DNA of 64,000 nucleotides, from the NCBI GenBank assembly GCA_942491535.1, contig CALOBV010000012.1:137774-201773 (forward strand), given 5' to 3'. Position 1 is the stretch's first letter; every line of letters begins with the position of its first letter. The stretch comes from an uncultured Marinilabiliaceae bacterium (GTDB taxonomy: Bacteria > Bacteroidota > Bacteroidia > Bacteroidales > VadinHA17). Shown one piece after another: positions 19,839-31,015 of the stretch. Position numbers and translations under genes: made by a program. The notes under the pieces were generated by a model. The model did no database searches. It had not been told where the DNA came from and worked only from the letters and a program-made list of their open reading frames with translations.

Positions 19839-21101
19839 ATGAAATACTCAGCATTAATTACAGTTTTGGCATTGGCCCTGTTCGTCTTTACCCCAGATGC
19901 ATCTGCACAGGTAAAGATCAACCTGAAGGAAAAAATTAACAGGGAGGCTAATAGGCGGGCTAACAGGAAGGCCGATGAGAAAGTAAATAAAGGCTTTGAT
20001 AAGCTGGAGAAGGGCTTGAAAGGGATTATCGTGAATGAGGAAGGATCTGATAGTACAGCTGTTAAGACCACGACTAAAGATCAAAACACGGGTGCCTCTT
20101 CATCCGGGAAGTCTGATACGGATAAGACAATAGCACAACAAGCTGGTTCTGCAGCACCTTCGCTTAGCTGGTCGAAATATGATTTTGTGCCTGGCGACAA
20201 AATCATATTTGAGGATAACCTTATGGGTGAGGAAAATGGGGAGTTCCCATCGCGATGGGACCTATATGATGGTACTGCCGAAAATGCAGTTTTCGGTGGT
20301 GAAAATGTAATGATGTTCAGGGGTGGATCACCAAATATAGTACCTTACCTTAAGAATCCTAAGTTAGACTATCTTCCCGATGTGTTTACAATTGAATTTG
20401 ACCTTTACCTTCCGTCAAATAGCTTTACGGTTCGTTTCTATGACAGAAAGAACCAGGCTACCCAGCATGGACATAACTATCTGAATATAATTGGAGAGGA
20501 GATGAGCCTGCACCCTGCAAGCAGTAAAATTCCAGACGGTAAAACCATCCGTAAAAAGTGGGCTCATATAGCCATTGCATATACAAATGGTAAAATGAAG
20601 TGCTATATCGATGAAACAAGACTTATAAATATTCCTCATCTCGAGTTTAATCCAACCGGGATTTCATTATACGCCAGCAGTGCAAATGATAATAACCTGT
20701 TTTATATCAAAAACTTCAGGATAGCTGAAGGGGGTGTTAAGTATTACGACCGCTTCCTGCAGGATGGAAAGATTGTATCAAATGGGATCCGTTTCGATGT
20801 AGGAAAAGCCTCCTTGCGTCCCGAGTCTATGGGCGTTCTTAACGAGATCTATAAAATGCTTTCCGAACACCCTGATGTTGCAGTGAGCGTTGAAGGACAT
20901 ACCGATAGTGATGGTGATAACGATCTTAATCAGAAACTATCAGAGGACAGGGCTGAGACTGTTATGAAGCAACTTGTGTCTATGGGTTTGTCGAAAGACC
21001 GTCTTAGCTTCAGGGGGTATGGCGAAAGCAAACCAGTAGCACCTAACGATACTCCCGAAGGCAAAGCCAGTAACAGGAGGGTTGAGTTTGTAAAGAAATA
21101 A
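19839..21101 (+). CDS. OmpA family protein with an N-terminal beta-sandwich region
   Basis: Signal peptide; YDFVPGDKIIFEDN...GEFPSRW; C-terminal VEGHTDSDG...LSEDRA...NRRVEF. Confidence 0.88.
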   Translation: MKYSALITVLALALFVFTPDASAQVKINLKEKINREANRRANRKADEKVNKGFDKLEKGLKGIIVNEEGSDSTAVKTTTKDQNTGASSSGKSDTDKTIAQQAGSAAPSLSWSKYDFVPGDKIIFEDNLMGEENGEFPSRWDLYDGTAENAVFGGENVMMFRGGSPNIVPYLKNPKLDYLPDVFTIEFDLYLPSNSFTVRFYDRKNQATQHGHNYLNIIGEEMSLHPASSKIPDGKTIRKKWAHIAIAYTNGKMKCYIDETRLINIPHLEFNPTGISLYASSANDNNLFYIKNFRIAEGGVKYYDRFLQDGKIVSNGIRFDVGKASLRPESMGVLNEIYKMLSEHPDVAVSVEGHTDSDGDNDLNQKLSEDRAETVMKQLVSMGLSKDRLSFRGYGESKPVAPNDTPEGKASNRRVEFVKK

Positions 21102-21181
21102 GTCGCCGGATCACAGTATAATAATCCCATCTGTGGCGGACTACCTTATTAAACATTTTAGTCATTAAATATTTATCTAAA

Positions 21182-22088
21182 ATGAAGAAAGTAATTTTGG
21201 TTCTTTTTGTAAATCTGCTTATCCTGCCTCTCTCAGCTCAATTTAGTGCTGACCTGGCAAATGTTCAGCCAGGAGATAAACGAATCTACAAAGTGCACTC
21301 AAATGGAACAAAGTACCGTTATGACTTTGAAGAAGATGGCATGAAGGGTGCCGTTATTGTAGATCCTGCAGCCAATCAGACAGCCATCTTATATCCTGAT
21401 AAAAAGTATGTTCGTTACGTAGAAACAAGCTCACCTTTTAGCGGGATGATGGATCCAAACCAGGGATTCAAACAGATGCAGCAAAGATTCACGCCTAAAG
21501 ATGCGGGCAGTGAGACCATGCTGGGTTATAAAGTAAAAAAGCTGGAAATATATGCTGGTGAGGACAAAATAGTTACAGGCTGGTATTCTGAAGATCTCGG
21601 ATTCCTGGTTAAAATGATTAAGCATGGCCGGGAGAATGATTATATGGAACTGACTAACATTAAAAAAGGGAAAATTGATGACAGCCTGTTTAAAATTCCG
21701 GAAGACTACATCGAGGTTGATGACCAGATGCGTATTAAAATTCCAGAACCACCGCCTCCTGAATCATGGAATTCAATCGAATTGAATCTTCCTATTAAGG
21801 GAGACTATAAAAGAGGTGACAATATTTCTTTTAGTATTCCTGAGAATAAATCACTACATAGTTATTCTGAAGAATAATACTGATGATCCTTCAAAAGTAA
21901 TCCGGATCTCCATGAGGGATGGTAAAGAGCTTGCTGATGATGAACAGGGTCCTTTGAGTTACAGAACAGAGCGTATCCATGGTGGGGAATCATCCTCAAG
22001 TACTTATGTATGGACAGCCGGAGACAAGAAGATCTTCAAGATCTATGAAGGTGTAATTAATATTGAAATAAAACCTGAAAACAAATAA
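21182..22088 (+). pseudogene. DUF4412-like exported protein with a +1 frameshift near 21848
   Basis: ORFs 21182-21877 and 21816-22088 join if one A is removed at gagaataaatcac. The N-terminal domain is paralogous to 22107-22703. Confidence 0.65.
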
Positions 22089-22106
22089 TATTCAAAACCA
22101 ACTATC

Positions 22107-22703
22107 ATGAAAAAACTAATCCTATTGTTTGTAGTAAGCTTGTTCTTTTTCCCATTATCAGCCCAGTTCAAGGCAAATATGGTATTTAACAGTATGGGGC
22201 AGGCCAGGACGTTTAAAGTATTCTCTTCAGAGCTCGGCTACCGCTATGAATTTAATGAAAGCGGTCAGGAGGGCGTAATAATTGTTAAAAAGGGCTCATC
22301 CGAGGTTATAATCCTGATGCCCCAGCAAAAGATGGCTATGAAAGGGTCGGCTGATAGTCCAATGAGTATGGGTAATGACCCTGTGGGTATGTTTGAATAT
22401 TACAAGTCTAAAGGTAAGCTGAAAGAGATTGGCAAGGAGACAATTAATGGAACTAAATGTACTAAATCAGAATTATGGAACGAATCCGGTAATGAGTATG
22501 GTAAAGTAACACAGCTTATGTTTACTGTCTGGTTGTCAGATAAATATAATTTTCCTGTGAAATTGGTAAATCATATCAACGGATCCGGCGACTCAACTAT
22601 GGAGCTTAAAGATATAGAAACCTGGACTCCCGATCCCAAAAGTTTTGAGATCCCTGATGGTTACCAGGTGATGGATATGCCTGCCGGAATGCCACAGAGA
22701 TAA
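22107..22703 (+). CDS. DUF4412-like exported protein
   Basis: AQFKANM...YRYEF...GKETINGTKCTK...WLSDKYNFPVK...FEIPDGYQVM pattern. Confidence 0.65.
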   Translation: MKKLILLFVVSLFFFPLSAQFKANMVFNSMGQARTFKVFSSELGYRYEFNESGQEGVIIVKKGSSEVIILMPQQKMAMKGSADSPMSMGNDPVGMFEYYKSKGKLKEIGKETINGTKCTKSELWNESGNEYGKVTQLMFTVWLSDKYNFPVKLVNHINGSGDSTMELKDIETWTPDPKSFEIPDGYQVMDMPAGMPQR

Positions 22704-22732
22704 TTAATAGCAATCCATTATAATCCAGGTTT

Positions 22733-24851
22733 ATGAAAAATTTCGCATTTGTTTTTTTCTTCTTTTTTATCCTGACAGGAATTAATCTTAGGTGCCTTGC
22801 GCAGGAGGAGTTCTGCTGTGAAAGAACCATTATGTTCGCGCCAATCGAGATGCCTGCTGAGCAGGAGTGGAACGCATCTCGTTTTTTAGATGCAGTTTTC
22901 TGTAGTGGAATGAATTGGTCAAAGCATCGTTTCAATTGTCCAATCAGACTTGACTGGCAAGATTCCCATGGAAGGGAAATGCTAGAAGAAATGATTAATG
23001 CCATTTCCACTCATTTAGGGGCTCCCCCTACTCCGGATGACATTGAACATTTTAAAGAATTTGGTGAACTGGACTATGTCTTCTTCGGTGAATTGACCTT
23101 AGACAGAATTGACACCATATTCGCGGGTTATTGGCAAGAAGGTAATGCTGGAGCACCTGACTACGAGGCTGCAAATGCATTAGGAGATTATTCTATTAAA
23201 ATCAAATTAGTTAACACTCAGTTCAACGAAAAAGTCTGGGAAGGCCAAACCTTCTGGAACGGGTGCCGAAGGATGGCCAGCAGATTTACAAGGTAGAGAT
23301 ACACCAAATGCTGTTAGAGATCTGGGAGCAAGCATATCGCCCAGTATCGATAAACTAATTTATGATTACGAGCGTACCCCGATGAATTGCAACATTGAAA
23401 TGGAGCAGGAGGAAGTCTCATCAGGCGAAGAAATCGAAATTACACTTACAAACCTGACAGATGAAAAGGGACGCCAGTCACGATACTGGCAGCGGATGGT
23501 AATAAGTCTTGAGCAGGGGGAAATTATAAATGCGACAAAACTTCCAGGAGAGGAAAAACAATGGGTGGTTCTGGTTGGAGAAGAAGGACAGGTCACACTA
23601 AAGTACAAAGCACCCCGGATATGCCAGAAAGAGAAAGAGACCATTAAGATCTTTAACTCCTGTATTGGGGTGGTCCCAGACGAACGCTCCCCGGGACTCC
23701 TGCAAAGAAACAGTTAACATCCAAAACATTTGATATAGTCCCTTCCGAGCCTAAGGACTGTAATCTCGATATTGATTACAGAACCGACTATCCCCCATAT
23801 TTCAAACTGGATATCAACAGTATTATCAATGAAAATGACAAGCAGTATCCCGATAATCTCCTGATTGCCATAAAGGCTGAGAAAGGAAGACTGGAAGGAG
23901 GACAATTAATCGCCGGATGGCATGTCTATCCAACATCCGGGGGCCGGACAACTGAAAAAATAAAATATACTCCACCGCAATGTGCTATCAGTCATACTGA
24001 TATCTTAAGTTTCGCTGCCGTATGTGAAAATAAAAATGGAACAATGAGCATCGGACCGGTCAAATTTACGAAGAAGATCACTAATCCTAAATGTTCCGAT
24101 GCCACTTTTACTCTGACATCCAGGCACCTGGTGGAAAAGAAACTTGACAAAGAGGAGACTGTCGGCAATGATTATGTGAAACACGGAGAATGATTACAGG
24201 TATGACAGAAAAGGTACTATTACAATCCAGTTAAAAAAACATTCTGTATTAGACCTTCCTTCTATAGGAAACCGGAATGTGCTTCCTGAAACATGGGTCT
24301 ATTACATGAGTGAATCCAGAAGTTTTGACAGCTGGGATATAACGTACTTCGAGCATCGAAATGAAGAAAAGACGAGCAAAAGCGGTGGATTCACACAAAA
24401 AATCAGTGAGGAGGCTCAGATATCAGATGTCAGGCTTATAAGTCCAATTCCGGAGGCGCCAATAATGGTTATTGTTGCTTACGACAAAAACACTAAGAAA
24501 GCTAAACGCGTGATGGTCCAGGCAAGTTTTGTGCTGGGTTATACTATGAACATCCTCAGATCCACAGAATCGGAAAGTTGGATGGGAGGTGAGAAAGATA
24601 GCCGCAGTAATTCTGAATCAAAAACAAAAAATGAAAGATATTCTTTTGAAATTACTGGCAATCCGGTTATGGATCCTGCAACCGGCAAGAAATTTCCTTA
24701 CGGATGCCTTGTAAGCGGTGGCGATGGAAAATCCTCCTTTTCCGGTACAGGCAGAAAGGAGGAAATAACTTCAGAGAATAGCGCATACTATGAGAAAATA
24801 TATGATCTGAAAACATCCGATTGGGTCCTCTTGGTCAATGAAAACAAATGA
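22733..24851 (+). pseudogene. large (~700 aa) exported hypothetical protein broken by three frameshifts
   Basis: Signal peptide, then a continuous coding-like reading across frame changes near 23270, 23662 and 24185. Confidence 0.6.
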
Positions 24852-24942
24852 TGTCAAAACCTAAAACGTCTAAGAATTAATCCTTAATAACTCCATGGTA
24901 AGAAAAAAGAGCGAAAAAATAATTGAAATATAAAACGATACT

Positions 24943-25732
24943 ATGAGAAATTTATTAAACATAAAGAGACTTGTGACCGTTTCGTTTGTCCTTACAGGAC
25001 TACTATTCACAATGAACCTATATCCTCAGGAGCCTGAACTTTTTACTAAAATAAGAGATAATGATATTGATGCTGTCAAGACTCTTATTGCAGCCGGAGC
25101 AAATGTTAACGAGGAGGATGATATGATGGGATATACACCACTGTTCCTGGCAATCGTTAATAACAATTTTGAAATAGTAAAATTGCTGTTATCTAATGGG
25201 GCCAATATTAACCATAGATACAAAAGGGGTGGATTAAGTCCTCTGATGTATGCATTAAATTCAAATTATATTGATATGGCAAAATTATTAATTGACCGGG
25301 GAGCGGATATCAATATAAAATCGAATGATGGATCAACAGCGCTGATTTTCGCGGCAGGAAGATCTAAAGAAGCTGTCGAGCTTCTTCTTTCTAAAGGAGC
25401 AGATATAAACGTCCGGACAAAAAATAATCTCGGAGTTTTTACAAATTGCGTTATGGGCCTTTATGTCGGATATGTCTCCTATGATCTGGCTGAGCTTCTT
25501 TTAGAGAAAGGAGCAGATATTAATGAAGAAAACACCAATGAATATATGGCAGGAGAGACTCCTTCTTTTTATTGCTGCAGGCCAGGACAATGAAGAACTG
25601 GTCAGATTTCTGATTAAAAATGGCGCGAATGTCAATGCCAAATCTAAAAAGGGGAAGACTCCCCTATCGATAGCCACAGAGGCAGGGAACGCCAATATAA
25701 TTGAGCTGTTAAAATCCAACGGCGCAAAATGA
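24943..25732 (+). pseudogene. exported ankyrin-repeat protein 1 (+1 frameshift near 25562)
   Basis: GYTPLFLAI, GSTALIFAA and GKTPLSIA ankyrin repeats. Removing one T in ccttcttttt joins the two ORFs. Confidence 0.8.
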
Positions 25733-25758
25733 TCTCTGTCAGATGTAACGGAGATTAA

Positions 25759-26578
25759 ATGGAACAAAAGAAAAATATAAGAATTACCATTATGAAAAAA
25801 CTAATAATGAATAAAAGATCTGCAATCTTATCCGTGGTGTTGATCGGACTTTTTGCCACAACAAACCTGTTCGCTCAGGAAACAGAACTTTTTGCCAAAG
25901 TCGGGGCAAATGATATTGATGCAGTAAAAAAACTGATTGCGTCCGGTGCTGATGTAAACTATCAACAGGATGATATGATGGGTTACACTGCCTCTGGGTC
26001 TGGCTAAGGACACTGTGATGATGGAGGTACTTATCTCCGCTGGCGCCGATATCAACCACCAGGATAATAGAACAGGGTACACCCCACTGATGAATGCACT
26101 TAATGGAAATAATATCATGGTAGCTGGATTTTTAATCAGGCAGGGAGCCGATATTAATATTAAGGCCAATGACGGTGCAACTGCCCTTATTCTTGCATGT
26201 GGCTGCTCAGAAGATATTGCTAAACAGCTGCTTGAGAAAGGAGCAGATATCCATGCATTAACTGACAAAGGGAATGGTGTCTTTACTCAATGTACGAGCG
26301 TGGGTTTAAGAAGAGAAACTGTTAGCTATAAATTTGCCGAATATCTTTTAGCCCAGGGAGCTGACATCGATGAGGCTAATACAACATCCTGGTACAAAGG
26401 CTATACCCCCCTGTTATGGGCTGTGTCATCCGGCGATGAGAAACTGGTTAGCTTCCTTGTTAAAAATGGTGCAAATGTCAACGCTATCGCAGTTGAGGGC
26501 AAAACACCCCTTTCAATAGCGACTGAAGCCGGATACACAAACATCGTTGAGATACTTAAAGCCAACGGCGCAAAATAG
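25759..26578 (+). pseudogene. exported ankyrin-repeat protein 2 (+1 frameshift near 25992)
   Basis: Paralog of protein 1 (ETELFAK..ANDIDAVK..DDMMGYT). Removing one base in actgcctctgggt joins the ORFs. Confidence 0.8.
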
Positions 26579-26608
26579 TTTAAGTTTAAATATAAAAATC
26601 AACCAACC

Positions 26609-26983
26609 ATGAACAATATGAAAAATAAATGCACAATCTTAATCTTACTGGTATGTTCGATTATTGGTCTTGGATCGTGCGAAAAGGATGAAGCCAATCC
26701 CTTTATCGGGACATGGGAAAACTTTGAAATAACAGCTCGTGGTTCCAATGCTACAACCATGGTATACAGGTCGAATATGACCATGACATTTACAATGGTG
26801 GTAACGGTTGACGACGAGGATACCTCAGCTTCAACAGATTATAATTATTCATATACTTCAACAACACTCACTACCTGGGAAGATGGCGAGCAGGAAGAAA
26901 CAACAGAGTATATGATTAATGATACTTACCTGGTTCTTTCCCCCGGGACTGATTTTGAAATAACTCTCACTAAAACTAACTAA
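26609..26983 (+). CDS. small lipoprotein (lipocalin-like beta domain)
   Basis: Lipobox LGSC, then EKDEANPFIGTW...YSYTSTTLT. Confidence 0.65.
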   Translation: MNNMKNKCTILILLVCSIIGLGSCEKDEANPFIGTWENFEITARGSNATTMVYRSNMTMTFTMVVTVDDEDTSASTDYNYSYTSTTLTTWEDGEQEETTEYMINDTYLVLSPGTDFEITLTKTN

Positions 26984-26993
26984 AAATATCTGT

Positions 26994-27524
26994 ATGAGAT
27001 TCGGTAATACGAGAACCAGAAAACCAGGTAACGCCAACCCCATTACTCTTGGTTTGATATTCGCAATTGTAGGAGGAGCAATATTTTTTCTCTTTGCCCT
27101 GCCTCCTATCCAATATGCAGCTACATCAAAGAGCTGGCCAACGGTGCCTGGAATAGTAACCAGGTCTGAGGTAAGTGTCTGGAAAAGAGACAGCCAGACT
27201 CATTACCAGCCTGATATTGCTTATTCATATACAATTGATGGTAAAAAGTACAGCTCTGCAAAGATAACTGTCGGAGAGCCTCCCCTGGATAATAATGTAA
27301 ATACAGCGAAGCGACTACAGGTAAAATATCCGGTAGGTAAGGAGGTGCTTGTATATTTTGACCCTGAATTGCCCGAGTCTTCAGCCCTTGAGCCGGGAAT
27401 AAAAACAGGCGATATTATGCTGGCATCCATTTCAATACTTTTTTTTGCAGTAGGACTGTTTGCACTATACAAAGGATTGAAGGCTAAGAGACAGGCATCT
27501 GAAGCAAAAATGTCACAGCTATAA
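26994..27524 (+). CDS. DUF3592-like membrane protein
   Basis: TM helix, SWPTVPGIVTRSEV...YSYTIDGKKY...YPVGKEVLVYFDPELPESSAL, second TM helix. Confidence 0.8.
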   Translation: MRFGNTRTRKPGNANPITLGLIFAIVGGAIFFLFALPPIQYAATSKSWPTVPGIVTRSEVSVWKRDSQTHYQPDIAYSYTIDGKKYSSAKITVGEPPLDNNVNTAKRLQVKYPVGKEVLVYFDPELPESSALEPGIKTGDIMLASISILFFAVGLFALYKGLKAKRQASEAKMSQL

Positions 27525-27555
27525 TAATAAACCTTTTTTAATAAATATTAAAGCA

Positions 27556-28260
27556 ATGAGAAATAAACGGCTAAACAATAACCTTATAAGAATCAGTACA
27601 TTACTAACCGGACTCTTCCTGACAGCAATTATTTACGCACAGGAAGCCCAGGAGAGCGATCCTCTCTACAGTGCGACCATCCGAGCAGACATCGATGCTG
27701 CGAAAAAGGCCCTGGCTGAAGGTGCCGATATAAACAGGCAGAGCGATAATGGCTATACGGCGCTGATGTGGGCGTCTACATACAGTAACAGGTCTCCATA
27801 TGATGAAATGGCAAAATTTCTTATCAATGCAGGTGCCGATGTGAACATCCGTGCCAATGATGGAACTACAGCTCTTCTTGATGCAGCTGAGAGCTCGAAA
27901 GAAATTACCCTTATGCTCGTGGAAAAGGGTGCAGATATCACTGCCCGGAGAGATGACGGCAGAGGGATATTCACAAGCTGCATTTTTGGCATCCTTATGG
28001 GAGCCACTGATATTGAACTGGCAGAATTTATGCTATCAAAGGGTGCTGATGTTAATGAGGCAGCCACATCCGGTGATGTAGAGGGCTGGGCAGCAATTCA
28101 TTATGCCTGCAGTAACGGTAATGAAGAACTGATTAAGTTTCTTATAAAAAACGGTGCAGATGTAAAAGCAAAAACGGCTGATGGTAAAACGCCCCTTTCC
28201 CTTGTCGGGTCAAAGCATCCGGAAATTGTTGAAATTCTGAAAGCCGCCGGCGCAGAATAG
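27556..28260 (+). CDS. exported ankyrin-repeat protein 3 (intact)
   Basis: Signal peptide; GYTALMWA, GTTALLDA, GWAAIHYA and GKTPLSL repeats. Confidence 0.9.
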   Translation: MRNKRLNNNLIRISTLLTGLFLTAIIYAQEAQESDPLYSATIRADIDAAKKALAEGADINRQSDNGYTALMWASTYSNRSPYDEMAKFLINAGADVNIRANDGTTALLDAAESSKEITLMLVEKGADITARRDDGRGIFTSCIFGILMGATDIELAEFMLSKGADVNEAATSGDVEGWAAIHYACSNGNEELIKFLIKNGADVKAKTADGKTPLSLVGSKHPEIVEILKAAGAE

Positions 28261-28290
28261 TTTTATACGTATTAAATAATACTACATGAT

Positions 28291-29262
28291 ATGAACAATA
28301 GATATTTTTTTAGACTACCGGTAGTTTTTATTCTTTTAACAATTTCATTAATATATATTACTTCATGTGAGAAGGAACCGGATCCTCTTGCTCTGACCAC
28401 ACTGGGTGCATCGGAAATCACTTATTCAGGCGCGATTTCCGGTGGAAATATTACAGCTGACGGAGGAGCAGCAATCACTGCAAGGGGCGTTTGCTGGAGC
28501 ACCTCCCACAAACCCACGGTAGCTGACAGTAAAACAGAAGACGGGTCAGGCTCCGGCACTTTTACAAGTACACTTACAGGCTTAAGCCCGGAAACTCCCT
28601 ATTATGTACGTGCCTATGCAAGCAATAGTCAGGGAACAGCTTACGGAGGAGAGATTTCATTTACTTCAGGCCAACTGACAGATATTGATGGTAACGTGTA
28701 CAATACTATAACTATAGGCAACCAGGTATGGATGAAAGAGAATCTGAAAGTCACCAAATTCAACGACGGAGCTGATATACCATATGTAACAGACAACGAT
28801 ACCTGGTTCCAGACCAACGATCCCGGATACGGGTGGTATGATAACGATGAAGCTACCTATAAAGACTTGTATGGGGCTATGTATAACTGGTACACAGTTA
28901 ACACCGGGAAACTTTGTCCTGATGGCTGGCATGTACCAGGCGATGCGGAATGGACAATCCTGACTGATTTCCTGGGAGGTGAAGAGATAGCCGGTGGCAA
29001 GCTCAAGGAAGCAGGTACTGAACACTGGAGCGATCCCAACACTGATGCCACAAATGTAAGTGGTTTTACAGCCTTGCCAGGTGGATACCGAAGTAACGGC
29101 GGACAATATTACGGTATTGAATGGCAAGGTCGCTGGTGGACTTCCAGTATGATTGATAATAACTTTGTCTGGACCCGACACATGCAAACAGATATCGGTA
29201 ATGTAAACAGGTATGATATGAATAAAAACTATGGATTCTCAGTGCGTTGCATTATGGAATAG
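28291..29262 (+). CDS. lipoprotein with an Fn3 domain and a Fibrobacter succinogenes major paralogous (FISUMP) domain
   Basis: Lipobox ITSC; GVCWST..PT..YYVRAYASNSQGTAYG; DIDGNVYNTITIGNQVWMKENL...YGAMYNWY...CPDGWHVP...GFSVRC. Confidence 0.9.
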   Translation: MNNRYFFRLPVVFILLTISLIYITSCEKEPDPLALTTLGASEITYSGAISGGNITADGGAAITARGVCWSTSHKPTVADSKTEDGSGSGTFTSTLTGLSPETPYYVRAYASNSQGTAYGGEISFTSGQLTDIDGNVYNTITIGNQVWMKENLKVTKFNDGADIPYVTDNDTWFQTNDPGYGWYDNDEATYKDLYGAMYNWYTVNTGKLCPDGWHVPGDAEWTILTDFLGGEEIAGGKLKEAGTEHWSDPNTDATNVSGFTALPGGYRSNGGQYYGIEWQGRWWTSSMIDNNFVWTRHMQTDIGNVNRYDMNKNYGFSVRCIME

Positions 29263-29413
29263 TTAATATAATATAAGTATTTACATCAGTTTATTAGCCT
29301 GATGATCTGTGAATACCGGAGATAATTGATGAAAGTCAGTGAGCATATCCTGAGGGGTTCTGAGTGGAAGCGATACTAATAAAGAAGTTTTATTCAACTA
29401 AAAATATTTGAAG

Positions 29414-30256
29414 ATGAAAATTATTCTTATTTACAAAAACCACATTAAGATAATTTTGCTTTTATGTTTTCTTATAGCTACAGCTTGTAAAAAAGAGACT
29501 ACTAAAAAAGTTGAGGCATCATCGGGCTATCTCAAAGTTGAGTTTACATGCACTTACCCTCCCTGGTCTGTGCAAAGCGTAATGAATGTTGAAATTGATT
29601 CGGAAGGAAACATCGACATAGATCCCGGAGTTCTTCAGTACTCAGGAGAAGTAGAAACAGATGAAACCAGATATACCCGAAGTGGGACATGGCAAATCTC
29701 CCCTGTTGGAGATATAGAGCGTAGCGGGGATGAGACTTATGTAGTTGTTGATCCTGACATTTTTGTTGATAATGACATAACAAGGCTATATGTTGATGGA
29801 ATTCTATTTCTTGAACAGCCATATTCGGTGGTAATAGATGATTCACCTGTAACCTTCAGCTACAGTGAGGCAACAGCTAACCCTGCAGGGTCAATAGAAG
29901 GAGTAAGCGATGCAGGAGGTTCTATAATCTGGTCTCTGAAATTGATTCCTTCAACAACAAATTGCGAATGGATGGCTGGTAACCCATTCGTAGGTACCTG
30001 GAGATACCAGGACGATATAATTACTTCAACTCTGGTGTTCAGTGATGACATGAAAACTACTGCCACCCTTACAACGGATGATGGAATTACCGTAAACACC
30101 ATTACGGAAAATTATACCTATTCATATACAGCAACTACACTTACATTAAGCAAAGCAGGTGATCCGGATTATATAACAGATTACCTTATTAATGCAGAGT
30201 CTTTAACTCTATCAATAAATTGGAGAATCCCATGGACCTTCTCAAAAGTGAATTAG
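29414..30256 (+). CDS. hypothetical two-domain lipoprotein
   Basis: Lipobox ATAC; the C-terminal ~95 aa is homologous to 26609-26983. Confidence 0.65.
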   Translation: MKIILIYKNHIKIILLLCFLIATACKKETTKKVEASSGYLKVEFTCTYPPWSVQSVMNVEIDSEGNIDIDPGVLQYSGEVETDETRYTRSGTWQISPVGDIERSGDETYVVVDPDIFVDNDITRLYVDGILFLEQPYSVVIDDSPVTFSYSEATANPAGSIEGVSDAGGSIIWSLKLIPSTTNCEWMAGNPFVGTWRYQDDIITSTLVFSDDMKTTATLTTDDGITVNTITENYTYSYTATTLTLSKAGDPDYITDYLINAESLTLSINWRIPWTFSKVN

Positions 30257-30303
30257 CACAATAAATTATAAACTAATTATTAATAACTTATTAAATAAAT
30301 ATT

Positions 30304-30861
30304 ATGAAAAAGACATTCTTATTACTTGTAATTGCAATTTTTGCACTGGTTCAAATGTCAGCGCAAACGCCAACTTTTGCCAAGGGAGATAAAGCTCTTA
30401 ATATAGGGATCGGATTGGGTTCATCCTTGTATTCAGGTGGTTTATATAAAACTCAGTTACCTCCCCTGTCAGCTTCTATGGAAATAGGTATCCTGGATAA
30501 TCTCCTTGAAAAGGGTGTGCTTGGAGTCGGCCCATATCTTGGGTTTGCATCTTATAAATGGGAGTATTTAGACTGGGGCTGGAAATATACAAATATTATT
30601 ATCGGTGCCAGGGGAAATTTCCATTATCCTCTTCTGGAAAAGTTTGATACATACACCGGTCTTTTATTAGGTTTTAATATTGTTTCAGCCTCTGAATTTG
30701 GTACTCCAATATTGGGCTATAACTATTCATCCTCTTCAAGTGGTATCGCATGGTCGTGGTTCCTTGGAGCAAAATACTACTTCAAGGAAAACCTTGCTGC
30801 GATGGTTGAACTTGGATATGGTGTAGCGTACCTCAATCTCGGTATAGGAATGAAGTTTTAA
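30304..30861 (+). CDS. small outer-membrane beta-barrel protein
   Basis: Signal peptide, alternating amphipathic strands, C-terminal LNLGIGMKF. Confidence 0.8.
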   Translation: MKKTFLLLVIAIFALVQMSAQTPTFAKGDKALNIGIGLGSSLYSGGLYKTQLPPLSASMEIGILDNLLEKGVLGVGPYLGFASYKWEYLDWGWKYTNIIIGARGNFHYPLLEKFDTYTGLLLGFNIVSASEFGTPILGYNYSSSSSGIAWSWFLGAKYYFKENLAAMVELGYGVAYLNLGIGMKF

Positions 30862-30886
30862 TATTCAATGAATAATAATAGATCCA

Positions 30887-30977
30887 GCAAAAACAGCTGA
30901 CGGTAATACACCCTTTTCTCTTGTAGGGTCAAACGCATCCGGAAATTATTGAAATACTGAAAGCCGCCGGCGCAGAG
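30887..30977 (+). pseudogene. orphan 3' end of an ankyrin gene, paralogous to 28168-28257
   Basis: About 10 substitutions plus 1 inserted base over ~90 nt versus the ankyrin-3 tail, mostly at third codon positions. Confidence 0.85.
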
Positions 30978-31015
30978 TTATTATTTTATGTAGAATTAAT
31001 CAATATAATATAATT

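Noticed and set aside
29295-29340. Hammerhead ribozyme (CTGATGA ... GAAA)
   Set aside because: Stem II is at most 3 bp and is not directly followed by GAAA; no stems I or III.
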